64,000 nucleotides of DNA from Bryobacterales bacterium (GTDB taxonomy: Bacteria; Acidobacteriota; Terriglobia; Bryobacterales; UBA6623), in the NCBI GenBank assembly GCA_963422375.2, contig CAXXKD010000001.1, positions 96,001-160,000 of the forward strand, read 5' to 3'. A program made the position numbers and the translations under genes. Numbering within the stretch: the first letter of the stretch is position 1; each line of letters starts with the position of its first letter. Positions 29,352-39,724 of this stretch are shown one piece after another. Below the pieces are notes generated by a model. The model was not told the DNA's origin, did not search any database, and worked only from the letters and a program-made list of their open reading frames with translations.

Positions 29352-31527
29352 ACAGGAACGCGTTCGAGTTGATCAGCGCCCAGAGCAGGTCCTGGGCCTT
29401 GGCGGCCCGGCCCGGCGAGGCGCCGATGTAGGTCAATGCTGCGTCGAATTCCTCGGCAGTCGGGAATCGCGCCAGGGACGCGAGGTACAGCTCCTCGATG
29501 AGTTCCCGGTCGCTGCGGCCCGCGAGGATCGCCTGCGCGATGCGACCGTCGGGGCTGGCGATCGCGTCGGCGAGAACCGGCCCGTTCACCAAGCTCATCG
29601 CCAGCGGCAGGCTCAGGTCGTTCCGTCGCTCGCACTCGCAGGGCGACTCCCGCTCCGGCCGCCCGAACGTGTTGAGGAAGCCCCCGGCGTCGACGTGCGG
29701 GTCGGGCAGCTGCTGCGCGCTGAAGTCCTCCGGCACCTCGGGAATGTCCGGCCTTGATCCGGTAGCGATGGTCATCGCGTCCAAGAGCGATTCCGCCGGC
29801 AGGCGGCGCGGCTCGAAGTGGGAGAAGTTGATGCTGTCGCTCTGGTTCCACTCGTTCGTCTCGATGGCCGTCTGGTAGGCCCGCGAGCTGACGATCCTGC
29901 GGATGAGGTGCCGCAGGTCGAACCCGCTGTCCACGAAGTCGCGTTCCAGCGCCGCCAGCAGCGCCGGGTTGGCCGGCGGGTTAGAGCCTCGGATGTCGTC
30001 GACCGGCTCGATGATCCCGCGCCCGAAGAAATAGCTCCAGACGCGATTCGCGATCGCCTGCGCGAAGTACGGGTTCTTCTCGGAGGTCAGCCATTGGGCC
30101 AGGGCCGCGCGGCTGTCCCCGAATGCTCCCACAGGCGGCACGCCGGCCGAGGCGAGCAGGTACTCCGGCTCGACCGGCTTGTTCGTCTTCGGGTGCAGGA
30201 AGTCGGTGTCGTCGCGCTTCAGGTAGACGATCTGCTCGTCGCTGTCGAAGCCCGGTTTCATGCCCACCGCCGCGAAGAAGGCGGCGAGCTGGAAGTACTG
30301 GTTCTGCGTCCAGCGCTCGAAGGGATGGTCGTGACACTGGGCGCAGACCATGCGCACCCCTAGGAACAGCTGCGTGGTGGTCTCCATCGCCAGCTTCGGG
30401 TCGTCGTTGACTCGGAAGTAATTGGCGGCGGGAGTCTGGTAGGTGCTGCCTACCGAGGTGAGCAGCTCGCGCACGAAATCGTCGTACGGCTGGTTGGAAG
30501 CGATCGCGTCCCGGATCCACTGCCGGAAGGCCCACATGCCCTTCTCGCCGAGATGCTTGCGGTTGGACTGCAGCAGGTCGCCCCACTTGAGGGTCCAGTG
30601 GTCGACGTAGCCGCGACTGCCCACCAGCGCGTTGACCAGGCGCGCCCGCTTGGCCTTGGACGTGTCCGGATCCTCGAGAAAGGCGCGGGCCTGCTCGGGG
30701 GTCGGCGGGATGCCCGTCAGGTCGATGTACACCCGCCGCAGGAACGCCGCGTCGCCGGCCTCCTCGGAAGGCTGGATCTTCAGCCGCTTCAGCTTGGCGT
30801 CGATGTGCTCGTCGATGTAGTTGTACTGGGGCGGCTCCCGCCAGGCGAAGCCGGGAGCGGGGTTCAGCACCGTTAGCGGCACGGTGGTGAACTTGCCCTC
30901 GTAGCGCACCATGATGGCGGCCTCCCCGATACGCTCCCCGCGCACCGCGCCGCCATCCACGACCTTGGCCGTGCTGGTGGAGTTGCTCTCCACCACGGCC
31001 AGCTTCGTGACGTCCCGGGTCGATCCGTCCCCGTAGTGGGCGATCACTTCGAGCGCCTGGTCGCGGCCGGGCTCGTCCAGCAGGACCTCCTCGGGCCGGA
31101 CGACCAGCTTGGCCACGCTGTCCATTTCGGGGTCGCCGTACGGCGCGCCCTGCGAGATCCACCGGGCGATTGTCCGGAAGGCGTCCGAGTCCTCGTCGAA
31201 GCGCTGTCCGCCCTCGTGCGGAACGCGCATGGTCGGCTTCGCCAGCATGAGGCTGGCTGCGGGGACCGCGCGATTGAACCGCCGCCCGGACACCTCGAAC
31301 AGCAGGGCGCGGTAGTCGAACTCCGCGTCGTACCCGCGCAGCGACAGCTTGAATCCGTTCTTGCCCTTGGCCGCGCCGTGGCAGGCGCCGGCCGTGCAAC
31401 CGGCGCTGTTGAGGATCGGCATCACGTCGCGCAGGAAGCTGGCGCGGCTCTCCTCGGCGGCTGCGACGGGGCGGCCTAGGGCCGCCAGCACGGCTAGGGT
31501 GGCCAAGAGGCACTGCATTGTCTTCAT
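29341..31527 (-). CDS. DUF1549/DUF1553 (Planctomycete PSD1-type) protein with Ig-like domain
   Basis: Signal peptide; CTAGACHG..KGKNGFKLSLRGYD, FLRRVYIDLTG..PT, CAQCHDHPFERWTQ, NRVWSYFFGRGIIEPVDD, FGRPERESPCECER, DLLWALINS. Confidence 0.9.
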   Translation of the reverse strand: MKTMQCLLATLAVLAALGRPVAAAEESRASFLRDVMPILNSAGCTAGACHGAAKGKNGFKLSLRGYDAEFDYRALLFEVSGRRFNRAVPAASLMLAKPTMRVPHEGGQRFDEDSDAFRTIARWISQGAPYGDPEMDSVAKLVVRPEEVLLDEPGRDQALEVIAHYGDGSTRDVTKLAVVESNSTSTAKVVDGGAVRGERIGEAAIMVRYEGKFTTVPLTVLNPAPGFAWREPPQYNYIDEHIDAKLKRLKIQPSEEAGDAAFLRRVYIDLTGIPPTPEQARAFLEDPDTSKAKRARLVNALVGSRGYVDHWTLKWGDLLQSNRKHLGEKGMWAFRQWIRDAIASNQPYDDFVRELLTSVGSTYQTPAANYFRVNDDPKLAMETTTQLFLGVRMVCAQCHDHPFERWTQNQYFQLAAFFAAVGMKPGFDSDEQIVYLKRDDTDFLHPKTNKPVEPEYLLASAGVPPVGAFGDSRAALAQWLTSEKNPYFAQAIANRVWSYFFGRGIIEPVDDIRGSNPPANPALLAALERDFVDSGFDLRHLIRRIVSSRAYQTAIETNEWNQSDSINFSHFEPRRLPAESLLDAMTIATGSRPDIPEVPEDFSAQQLPDPHVDAGGFLNTFGRPERESPCECERRNDLSLPLAMSLVNGPVLADAIASPDGRIAQAILAGRSDRELIEELYLASLARFPTAEEFDAALTYIGASPGRAAKAQDLLWALINSNAFLFNR

Positions 31528-33953
31528 TTCGATAGGCTCCCGGGCGGCAGCCGCGCCGTCCCAATTGTATCCGTGTCCCCGATGACCAGGACCGTCTCGA
31601 CGGGCGGGATGTTGTATGGCACCGCCTCCTTGCCCCGGCCGGCTAGGACCGAGCGCGGCGCGATCTCCACGGCGTACTCGCCGGGTTCCGCCGCCGCTCC
31701 GGCCCGGCACTGCAGCGCGTAGCGCTCCGGGCTGCCGCCGACGCCCTGGCTGTCGCAGGACACGCCCGGGGGTAGGTTGATCGCTTCCACCACGACCTCG
31801 GAATCGAACTCCGGCTCGCGCGAGAAGCGGCCGGCAATCTCGAACGCGGCTCCGGGGCGCGCCGCGACCGGCCCGTCCGGGGCGCCGACGTCGTACCCTT
31901 GCACGATGTCCACCACGATGGCAGGCGAATGGATGGTGTGCGCGACTCCCTCGTGGCGCACGCGGGCTTCCAGCACGAGGTCGAAGCGCATGGCCGGGGT
32001 GCCCATCGTGGTGTTCATCTCGAGCAGGCCTTCCTTGTCGCCCGGACGGATCTTGGCGTCGCCTAGGACGCGCAGGTTGGCCACTGCGGGCTGGTTCGCC
32101 AGCCGGACCGGCGCGAGCGCCTCGACGCCCGCCTGTTGCGTGGAGTACTTCCAGCGGATGTCGTGCTTGAGGCCTTGGATCAGGCGCAGGGCCCGACCGG
32201 AGAGCACCTCGATGCTCGCGGGAGGCGAACGCACCACCTTGGCGTCCACCGAGGGCCGGCGCGCGGGGATGCGCAGGGGCCTCTGCTGCTCGCCGGCTAC
32301 CGGCGTGACCACGAGCGAAGCGAGCGCGGGTCGCCGGAACAGGCGGCCGTCGTCGGTCCGGCCCTCGCCGTAGAACCGTACCGCCGTCTCCCCCCCCGCC
32401 GCGTCGGGCGAGGCGGTCAGAGCGAGGCGTCCGTTGCGGGAGGTGCGCTGGGTGGTCATGCCGCCGAATTCCGCCGGGATGTTGCCGCCCTCGGCGGCCA
32501 CGCCCGCGGGCAGCCCCTCGGCCACGATCCGCACGGCGCCTTCGTAGCCCCTGCGGTCCATGGTGAAGGCCACGCTGGTGCTCCCGCCGCGCGGCACGTT
32601 GACGTGCGTCTCGTCGAGGCGGAGGATGAAGTCGGCCGGCTGCCGCCGGGCGACCAGGCGATAGGCGAACCCGGGCCCGCCCCGGCCGAGCAGGTCCTCG
32701 ACGCTGAGTTCCAGTTCGGAGACTCCCCCCGGCACGCGCAGGCCCAGCGCGGGGTCGCCGAAGGTCTCCGCGCGGGTCGAGATGTTCGAGAGCAGCTCCT
32801 CCGGCGGCTGGTCGCCGGCGGAGGCCAGCTTGATGCCGTCTTGGTCGCGCATCACCAGCAGGGTGTACAGCCTTGACGTGCCGAGGACCGCGGCCTGCGT
32901 CTCGATCATCCACTCCTCGCCGGGGCGCACCTTGAGCCGGTAGCGGTCGACCTCCCCGGGCGCGGCGATCCGCCCGTTCATCACGCGGCCCTCGCGGAGC
33001 CGCTTCCTGGCCCGGCCCTTCGGCTCCAGAGCTTCCGGCTCGGCGCTCCGGAGCAGCGGGATCGGCAGCCCGCGCAGCTCCCCCGGCAGCGCCGCGCGGT
33101 CCCCGGCGGCCTCGACCTCGAGCGGCGTGTCGAGCGTCCCGCCGGAAAGCCGCACGCGCACGGGCTCCCCCGCCGTCCAGCCGAGGGGGAAGACCGCTTC
33201 GGCGTATTCGAGCGGGCCGGCCAGCAGGCGATAGAAGTTGGTCCGCTGCTTGCTGAAGCGGGCGTCATGCACTTCCACGAGGTAGTCGCCGTCCGCGGGG
33301 GCCGTGAAGTCGATCCGGGCGTCGGCTCCGATTCCGGCCGCATCGTCGCTGCGCGCCAGCAGAGCGCCGCCCGGGGAGCGCACGGCCAGCACCGGATCGA
33401 CGGCCGAGCCGAGCCGCCTGGCCTCGACTTCGAAGACGACGCGCTGGCCCGCCCGGAGCGCGGCGCGGTACACGTCGCGGTCGGCCTCGCCAAGCGTGCC
33501 GCTGACCGCCACGGGCGTCTGGATCGGCTGCGCGCCGCCCTCCGAGTCGTTGCGCGACGCGCGCGTGCGCAGCGATTCGGCCTCGGCCGCCTCGGGCAGG
33601 GAGGAGACGCTGAACAGCCAGGCGTTCGTCAGGCCGTCCTCGGTCTCGAGGGCCAGCGCGTACGCGCCGATCTCGGCGTCGGGCGCGATCTCGAGCAGGT
33701 ACTCGCGGGCGCTGCCAGCCGCGCTGAGCTCCGTCAGCGAGCCCGGGATTGCCGAGCGGACCCGCGCACGGCCGCCGAGTCCGTTGCCCTCGACGGCGAG
33801 CCGCACGGCCGTACCGCGCTGGCCGCCGGGCGGGGAGACCCGCGTCAGGGTGGGGCCGGCGCACAGCGGCTGCAGCACGGCCGCGGCCAGCGCCAGCAGG
33901 CCGGCGAATCGAAGCTCCCTAGGCCGCGAGGGGCGCGCGCGGTGCGGTCGCAT
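31524..33953 (-). CDS. Planctomycete-type PPC-domain protein
   Basis: PPGGQRGT, DRDVYR...VEARRLGSAVDPVL, FTAPADGDYLVEVHD, NGRIAAPGEVDRYR; ATGA coupling with the downstream gene. Confidence 0.85.
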   Translation of the reverse strand: MRPHRARPSRPRELRFAGLLALAAAVLQPLCAGPTLTRVSPPGGQRGTAVRLAVEGNGLGGRARVRSAIPGSLTELSAAGSAREYLLEIAPDAEIGAYALALETEDGLTNAWLFSVSSLPEAAEAESLRTRASRNDSEGGAQPIQTPVAVSGTLGEADRDVYRAALRAGQRVVFEVEARRLGSAVDPVLAVRSPGGALLARSDDAAGIGADARIDFTAPADGDYLVEVHDARFSKQRTNFYRLLAGPLEYAEAVFPLGWTAGEPVRVRLSGGTLDTPLEVEAAGDRAALPGELRGLPIPLLRSAEPEALEPKGRARKRLREGRVMNGRIAAPGEVDRYRLKVRPGEEWMIETQAAVLGTSRLYTLLVMRDQDGIKLASAGDQPPEELLSNISTRAETFGDPALGLRVPGGVSELELSVEDLLGRGGPGFAYRLVARRQPADFILRLDETHVNVPRGGSTSVAFTMDRRGYEGAVRIVAEGLPAGVAAEGGNIPAEFGGMTTQRTSRNGRLALTASPDAAGGETAVRFYGEGRTDDGRLFRRPALASLVVTPVAGEQQRPLRIPARRPSVDAKVVRSPPASIEVLSGRALRLIQGLKHDIRWKYSTQQAGVEALAPVRLANQPAVANLRVLGDAKIRPGDKEGLLEMNTTMGTPAMRFDLVLEARVRHEGVAHTIHSPAIVVDIVQGYDVGAPDGPVAARPGAAFEIAGRFSREPEFDSEVVVEAINLPPGVSCDSQGVGGSPERYALQCRAGAAAEPGEYAVEIAPRSVLAGRGKEAVPYNIPPVETVLVIGDTDTIGTARLPPGSLSK

Positions 33954-33957
33954 GGGC

Positions 33958-35331
33958 TCAGCCCGCGTCGCCTGCTGCCGCGGAGGCGCCGGCGCGCTCG
34001 AGCGGCACGGGCACGAACGAGCTGGCCGGCGCGCCCGTCCGCGCGTCGTAGACGCGGACAACGCCGTCGAAGCCGCCGGTCGCGACGCGGCTGCCGTCCG
34101 GGTGGAAGGCCACCACGAAGATGCCGCCTTCGTGGCCGGTGCAGGTCGCCACGCGCTCGCCCGATTCGGTGTCGTAGACCGGCACCTCGCCGGCGACCCC
34201 GCCGACCGCGATCCGCGACCCGTCCGGGCTGAAGGCGAGCGCGAAGATCTTGCCCTCCTGTTCCTCGAACTCCCGGACGAGCGTCGAGTCATCGGCGATC
34301 TTCAGCGCCCTGGGCCGGTCCATCGTGTACAGGTAGGGTACGCGGTCCTCACCTCCGATCAGGACGTAGTCGCGCAACGGGTGGCGGGCGATCGCGTACA
34401 GCTTGTCGCGCAGGAAATTCACGTTCTCGAGGAAGGCTCCGGTGGCGGCGTCGGCGAGCTTCGCCGCGCGGTCGCGGCCGATGGAGACCAGCCGCTTGCC
34501 GTCGACGCCGAACACCGCCTGCAGCACCCAGTCCTCGTGGTGCCCGGCCTTGAACAATTCCTCGCCGCTGGCGAGATCGACCATGCGGACCGTCTTGTCG
34601 GCGGCCCCGAATACCGCCCTGGTCCCGTCCGGCGACAGATCGCCGGCGAACAGCGTGTCGGAGGTCGCGGTATAGGAATGCACCTGCTCGCCTAGCTCGA
34701 GATCCCAGACCTGCAGCTCGCCGAAGCGCGCCGGCGTGCCCCCGACGGCGATCAGCCGGCGGCCGTCGGGCGAGAAGTCGATGGAATGGATCTTGTCGGC
34801 GCGGCCCAGCAGGCGCGCCTCGATGGACGAGCCGTCCGCCTTGTGCAGGAGGATCTCCTGGAACCCCCCGACGGCCAGCAGGGCGCCGTCGGGCGAGTAC
34901 GCCAGGCCGGTGATCGTGGGGGCTTGGGCGTAGGTCGGGGGTTCCGACGGCACCTGCGGTGCCTTGGCCTCGGCCGGGGTGTCGTCCTCGGCTCCTTCGC
35001 GCACCCAGCGCTCCAGCAGGTCGACGGCCTGCGACGCCAGGGGGCCCCCTCCCATCGGCATGCGGGGCTCCATCTGCCCTGTTACCAAGTTCACCAGCGG
35101 GCTGTTCCCGGGGGCGCCCTTGGCCACCGCGGCGCCGTGCTTCGCCCCTCCGCGAACGATCCCGGGGTAATTCGTGATGTCGAGCCCGCTCATGCTGTTG
35201 GCAGGCTGGTGGCAGCCCGAGCAGTGGACCTGGAGCAGCGGGCGCACCTCCTCGAAGTAGCTGACGGGCTCGGCCGCCCCCGCGATGGCGATCAGCGCGG
35301 TCACGGCCGCGAGGAGGCGCAGGTAGCACAT
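33958..35331 (-). CDS. Planctomycete cytochrome c domain plus WD40 repeat protein
   Basis: Signal peptide, VRPLLQVHCSGCH, RMPMGG..WVREGA; WD40 repeats (AYSPDG, DFSPDG, AFSPDG, AFHPDG..ATGGFDGVVRVYD). Confidence 0.92.
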   Translation of the reverse strand: MCYLRLLAAVTALIAIAGAAEPVSYFEEVRPLLQVHCSGCHQPANSMSGLDITNYPGIVRGGAKHGAAVAKGAPGNSPLVNLVTGQMEPRMPMGGGPLASQAVDLLERWVREGAEDDTPAEAKAPQVPSEPPTYAQAPTITGLAYSPDGALLAVGGFQEILLHKADGSSIEARLLGRADKIHSIDFSPDGRRLIAVGGTPARFGELQVWDLELGEQVHSYTATSDTLFAGDLSPDGTRAVFGAADKTVRMVDLASGEELFKAGHHEDWVLQAVFGVDGKRLVSIGRDRAAKLADAATGAFLENVNFLRDKLYAIARHPLRDYVLIGGEDRVPYLYTMDRPRALKIADDSTLVREFEEQEGKIFALAFSPDGSRIAVGGVAGEVPVYDTESGERVATCTGHEGGIFVVAFHPDGSRVATGGFDGVVRVYDARTGAPASSFVPVPLERAGASAAAGDAG

Positions 35332-35585
35332 GCGATTACGGTTCCCACAGTATTGTAGGCGCTAGGCTCTCCCCGCTCAAGGGGGGAGGGGCGGGCAGCT
35401 GCCCGCATTCCGTCGACGCGGGCCCGGGCGGACGTCGCGCTGCCCTTCGCCCGGCCTCGGAGCGGCCCCGGCTTCGGTTACCTAGATATCCGGCGGGCCA
35501 TCGGTGGATCGCTTGCGGGCGGAGCAGATGGCGAGCGGAGCGCTGCCCGCGAGTCGCTTCTTGGTCCGGAGTCGTATCTGAACGA

Positions 35586-37425
35586 GTGCGTCAGACCCTC
35601 AAGAGGGCCGCAAGGAAGCTTCCCCGCCAGAAGCCCGAGGAGCTTTGCAAGCTCGCCCTGCGGGCGCTCGGCTCCGGGGACGCCAAGCAGGCCTTGGACC
35701 ACCTGAAGCGGGCGCGCTTCAGGGGAGCGACGCCCGAGCAAGCGGACCCTCTCCTTCACTACGCGTACGTCGCCCGGGCCCGGGCGCTCGAGGCGCGGGG
35801 CCTGCCCAGAGAGACCCAAGCCGCCCTGGGACACGCCGAGCGGTATCGCGACGCCTCCGAGGGCGCCGAGGTCTTGGCGGACCAGCCGGTCCCGATCCTG
35901 AAGGCGCAGGGGGCGCGGAGTGTTTCCGGACGTACGCCCGATTCCTGCGATCCAACGGGCCGTATCGCGAGGCCGAGGCGGACCTGGCGAACCGGCTCGT
36001 CGTGCGTCGCGACTTCGCGCACGCGAGCGAGCTTGGCGACCGCGCCGCCTTCAGGCGCGACGCCGAGCTGCTGGCCTCGGCGCTGGACCCGATGGACCGG
36101 GGCGACTGGGAGTCGCCCGCCGAGGCGCTCGGGTCGCTGTCCGACGCCTCGCCGTTCGTGCAGCGGTCTACGCTCTGCCGTGCGCAGGGGCGACATGACC
36201 GAGATGCAGAGCTTGATCCGACCGCTGGCGCACGGCTTCCCCATCCGGTCCGCGGCCAAGGCGCTGCGGGCGGTCGCCAGGGAAGGGCGCTCCGATTCCG
36301 CAGCCGCGGCGCGATCGCTCGGAATGCACGGCGCGAGGGCCGTCCTGGCGGGCCGCGCTCTGCGCGAGGCGGTCTAGCGCGGTCGCCGCGGACGAGGCGC
36401 CGGAGCTGCGGACCGAGCTGGCACGCGCTCTGCATCCTAGAACGCGGTCCGACGAGCCCGTCAGCGGGCTGGAGTACGACGACTGGCTCGAGGTGGTCGA
36501 GCGCGCCGTTCCGAATGCTCGCCAGGAAGCCGAGGAATGCCACGCGGACTTCCAGATGCCGGGAGTCGACCCGGCACCGAAGTGGGAGCCTACGAAGCCT
36601 AGGAAATCCTCGACGTGCTGGACGATCTTCTGCCCGATCCAGCGGCGCGCCGGATCGCGCGGGCCCGCGTCCTATTCGGGCTGGCTCGGCGCTACGAGCA
36701 CATAGACTGCTGGGATTTCGAGGACGGAGCGTACGACACCCTGCTCTCGCTGCGGACGCACGGCCCATCTAGGTCCCATCGGCAGTTCGTGATGGGCCCG
36801 CCCTCAGCCTCGGCCTCCTTGCTGAAGATGGCCGTCGATGATGACCCAGCCTTTCGCGAGGCTCACGAGAAGCGGGTCTCGCTTCTCAAATTCTTCAGGT
36901 GGGTCTCGACCGCGGAAGTCATCTCGGCGCTCGAGGCGTGGGCGCAAGGCTTGCCGGAGGATTCCGACGCGTGGATCGGACTCGCGGAACAGCGCTTGCA
37001 GAGCAATGCCCATCGCAAGGCCGGGGCCGCCCTGGCGAAGGCGTGCGCCGACGCGGGCCCGGACGAGCGGGTGACCGACCTGCAGGCCGCGTCGCCCCTC
37101 ATGGCCGCTGGGAGCTTGCGCGCGAGGACGTCAAGGCCGCGCCCCTGTCCGCCGGGCGCAAGCCGGAGCCCTTTGCGGGAGCATGGAAGGCGATCATCGG
37201 CAGCGCGCCGGGGCGCGACTCCCAGCTGGCGGATGCCGTTCGCGCCGAGTTCGACGTGATCCCGCCGGTCGTGCGGGCGCGAGCCGTCTGCTGCGTGTTG
37301 GACGTGTTCGATTGCGCCGAGTACCGTCTGGCCCCGGACCGGGGCACGCCCTGCAGCGCTCGCCCGAAGTGCTGCAAGCGGCGGCGCTGGCAGAGCGGGA
37401 CCTCCCGTCCGCGCTGGCGAGCTGG
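35586..37425 (+). pseudogene. Fragmented helical/TPR-like protein gene
   Basis: Protein-like helical segments alternate between frames (ALGSGDAKQALDHLKRA; EAEADLANRLVV; LEAWAQGLPEDSDAWIGLAEQ); several frameshifts; ends approximate. Confidence 0.6.
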
Positions 37426-37485
37426 AGGGAATGGCGCTCGGCGGCGGTGTGCTAACATCGGCTCGTCGCAGCGGCGACGGAGCGC

Positions 37486-37770
37486 ATGGCGGACAACCGG
37501 CTTCCTTGCTTCGTGATCGGGCTGGGCGTGGGTGCCGCCTTGGGCCTGCTCGCGGCGCCGAGCCGGGGCAGCAAGACCCGGGGCGACCTGCGCCGCGCCG
37601 CCGAGCGGGGGCGCGAGTTCGTGACCCGCGGTTCCGCGGACCTGCGCAAGTGCGCCGAGGTGGCCGTCGAACGCGGAAGGGAGACCGTCCAGGAGCAGCG
37701 GGCGAACCTTGATTCCGCCTACCGCGCGGGAATGGACGCGTATCGCCGCGCGGCGGGCGAGCATTGGTAA
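37486..37770 (+). CDS. YtxH-domain protein
   Basis: FVIGLGVGAALGLLAAPSRGSKTRGDL signature. Confidence 0.88.
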   Translation: MADNRLPCFVIGLGVGAALGLLAAPSRGSKTRGDLRRAAERGREFVTRGSADLRKCAEVAVERGRETVQEQRANLDSAYRAGMDAYRRAAGEHW

Positions 37771-37813
37771 GGGGCGGGTCCCGGGCGCGCTGCTTGGCGC
37801 GCCGTTGCATGCC

Positions 37814-38323
37814 ATGACCGAAACGGACACGCTGCTGACGGTGATTGCCGTGCTCGCCTTGGTGATTGCGGCGGTTATGATGGTTATCGCGTGGTCGGCC
37901 TACACCACCGCACATACGGTCCGTCGCTTGGAGCGGCGCGCCAACGAGTTCTTCGACGCGTGGCAGCCGGCCGCGGGGGAGCTGCGGCAGTCGGTGCAGG
38001 ACTTCACCGAGCAGTCCGGCGAGCTGCTGTCCAGGCTTAACGGCCTGTCGGCCCTCCTGCACAAGCAGGCGCTCAAGTCCGAGTCGGCGGTGCAGAAGGT
38101 CGCCGAGGCGGCGAGCCGCAACGTCGAGGAAGTGGACGCGGCGGTCCGAGCGGTCCTGGCCCGGATCCGGGCGGCGACCGAGGCGCTGGAGCGTGCGGTG
38201 AGGGTGCCCGTGACCAAGGTGAGAGCCGTGGCCGTGGGCCTTCGCGAGGGGGTCCGGCAGTACTCCCGCGGCGCCTCCCGGGACCCCGGACGGGTGTCCA
38301 CCGACGAGGAGATGTTCATCTAG
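37814..38323 (+). CDS. Membrane-anchored coiled-coil protein (DUF948/YoxC-like)
   Basis: N-terminal TM helix then helical repeats; adjacent to YtxH. Confidence 0.7.
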   Translation: MTETDTLLTVIAVLALVIAAVMMVIAWSAYTTAHTVRRLERRANEFFDAWQPAAGELRQSVQDFTEQSGELLSRLNGLSALLHKQALKSESAVQKVAEAASRNVEEVDAAVRAVLARIRAATEALERAVRVPVTKVRAVAVGLREGVRQYSRGASRDPGRVSTDEEMFI

Positions 38324-38359
38324 GCCGCCGCCGCGGCGCGAGGACCGGAGGAGAGAGAC

Positions 38360-39517
38360 TTGAAACCCAAGGAGCAGGCAGCCGGCCAGGAGCGGACCTA
38401 CCGCGTGGCGCTTCTCGGCACGAAGTTCATGGGCAAGGCCCACAGCCAGGCCTACCGCAACGTGAACATGTACTTCCCCGACGCGCCGTCGGTCGAGCGG
38501 GCGGTGATCTGCGGGCGGAGCCCGGAGGAGACCGAGCAGGCAAGGCGGGCGTTCGGCTGGGACGAGGCCTCCACCGACTGGCGCGCCGTCGTCGCCAGAC
38601 CCGATATTGACATTGTCGACGTGTCGACGCCGGGGAACTTGCATTGCGACATGGTGCTCGCGGCCGCGGCGGCCGGCAAGCACGTTGTCTGCGAGAAGCC
38701 GCTTGCCAACACGCTGGGCGAGGCCAAGCGCATGCTGCAGGCCGTCCGGGCGGCGGACGTGTCGCACCTGCTGATGCACAACTACCGCCGCGTGCCGGCC
38801 GTGGCCCTGGCCAAGCGCATGGTCGACGACGGCCGGGTCGGCCGCATATACCACTTCCGGGCCCGCTACTTCCAGGACTGGGCTCTCTCGCCCGACCTCG
38901 AGCTGGTATGGCGCTTCGACGCCAAGCTGGCGGGCAGCGGGGCTCTGGGCGACTTGGGAGCGCACGTGATCGACTTGGGCCGGTACCTCTGCGGGGAAAT
39001 CGCCGAGCTGGCGTCGACCTGCGAGACGTTCGTCAATCGGCGCGCCGTGGTAGCGGGCTCCAGCCGAATGGCGGACGTGACGGTCGACGATGCCGTCGCG
39101 ATGTGCGTGCGATTCGAGAACGGGGCCATCGGCACGATCGAGGCGTCACGTTTCGCGCCCGGACGCAAGAACCACAACACGTTCGAAATCAACGGGAGCA
39201 AGGGGTCGATCGCGTTCGACCTCGAGAACCTCAACAACCTCCGCTACTATTCCACCGAGGACGCGGCGGACGCGCAGGGCTTCCGCCAGATCATCGCCTG
39301 CTCGCTAGGCGCGCATCCGTACGCGGACGCATGGTGGTTCGACGGCCACCTGCTGGGCTACGAGCACAGCTTCACGCACACCGTCTACGACTGGCTGACC
39401 GCCCTGGCTGCCGGGTCGTCGACGCACCCGGACTTCGGGGACGGGCTGCGGAACCAGCAGGTGCTGGACGCCGCCATGCGGGCTGCGGCGAGCCGGCGCT
39501 GGGAGACCGTCGGATAG
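38360..39517 (+). CDS. Gfo/Idh/MocA family oxidoreductase
   Basis: GTKFMGKAHS, KHVVCEKPLA, GSGALGDLGAHVID, TVDDA. Confidence 0.93.
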   Translation: MKPKEQAAGQERTYRVALLGTKFMGKAHSQAYRNVNMYFPDAPSVERAVICGRSPEETEQARRAFGWDEASTDWRAVVARPDIDIVDVSTPGNLHCDMVLAAAAAGKHVVCEKPLANTLGEAKRMLQAVRAADVSHLLMHNYRRVPAVALAKRMVDDGRVGRIYHFRARYFQDWALSPDLELVWRFDAKLAGSGALGDLGAHVIDLGRYLCGEIAELASTCETFVNRRAVVAGSSRMADVTVDDAVAMCVRFENGAIGTIEASRFAPGRKNHNTFEINGSKGSIAFDLENLNNLRYYSTEDAADAQGFRQIIACSLGAHPYADAWWFDGHLLGYEHSFTHTVYDWLTALAAGSSTHPDFGDGLRNQQVLDAAMRAAASRRWETVG

Positions 39518-39724
39518 CGCGGGACGTCGTCGTCGGCTTCCCGCATTTCGGCGAGCCCTCGGTTTGCTAGCGCCCGGCGACGGCTGGCTTGCGCTGCTCC
39601 CGCGCGGCCCGCGTTCCTCCCCCGTGGAACCCTTCCCCCGAAGTCGGCCCGCGCTCCTCGCGGGTGCCGGCCACGACCGCCGGGCCTCCGCACGCGCCGC
39701 CGAACGCTCCTGTAAAATGGGGAT

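Noticed and set aside
13037..34292. Long N-terminal extensions in the ORF track (eno 14689, TPR 23937, DUF1553 32913, PPC 34292; also anmK 46940)
   Set aside because: The extensions are Arg/Pro/Ala-rich noise or overlap other real genes; downstream starts match family N-termini.
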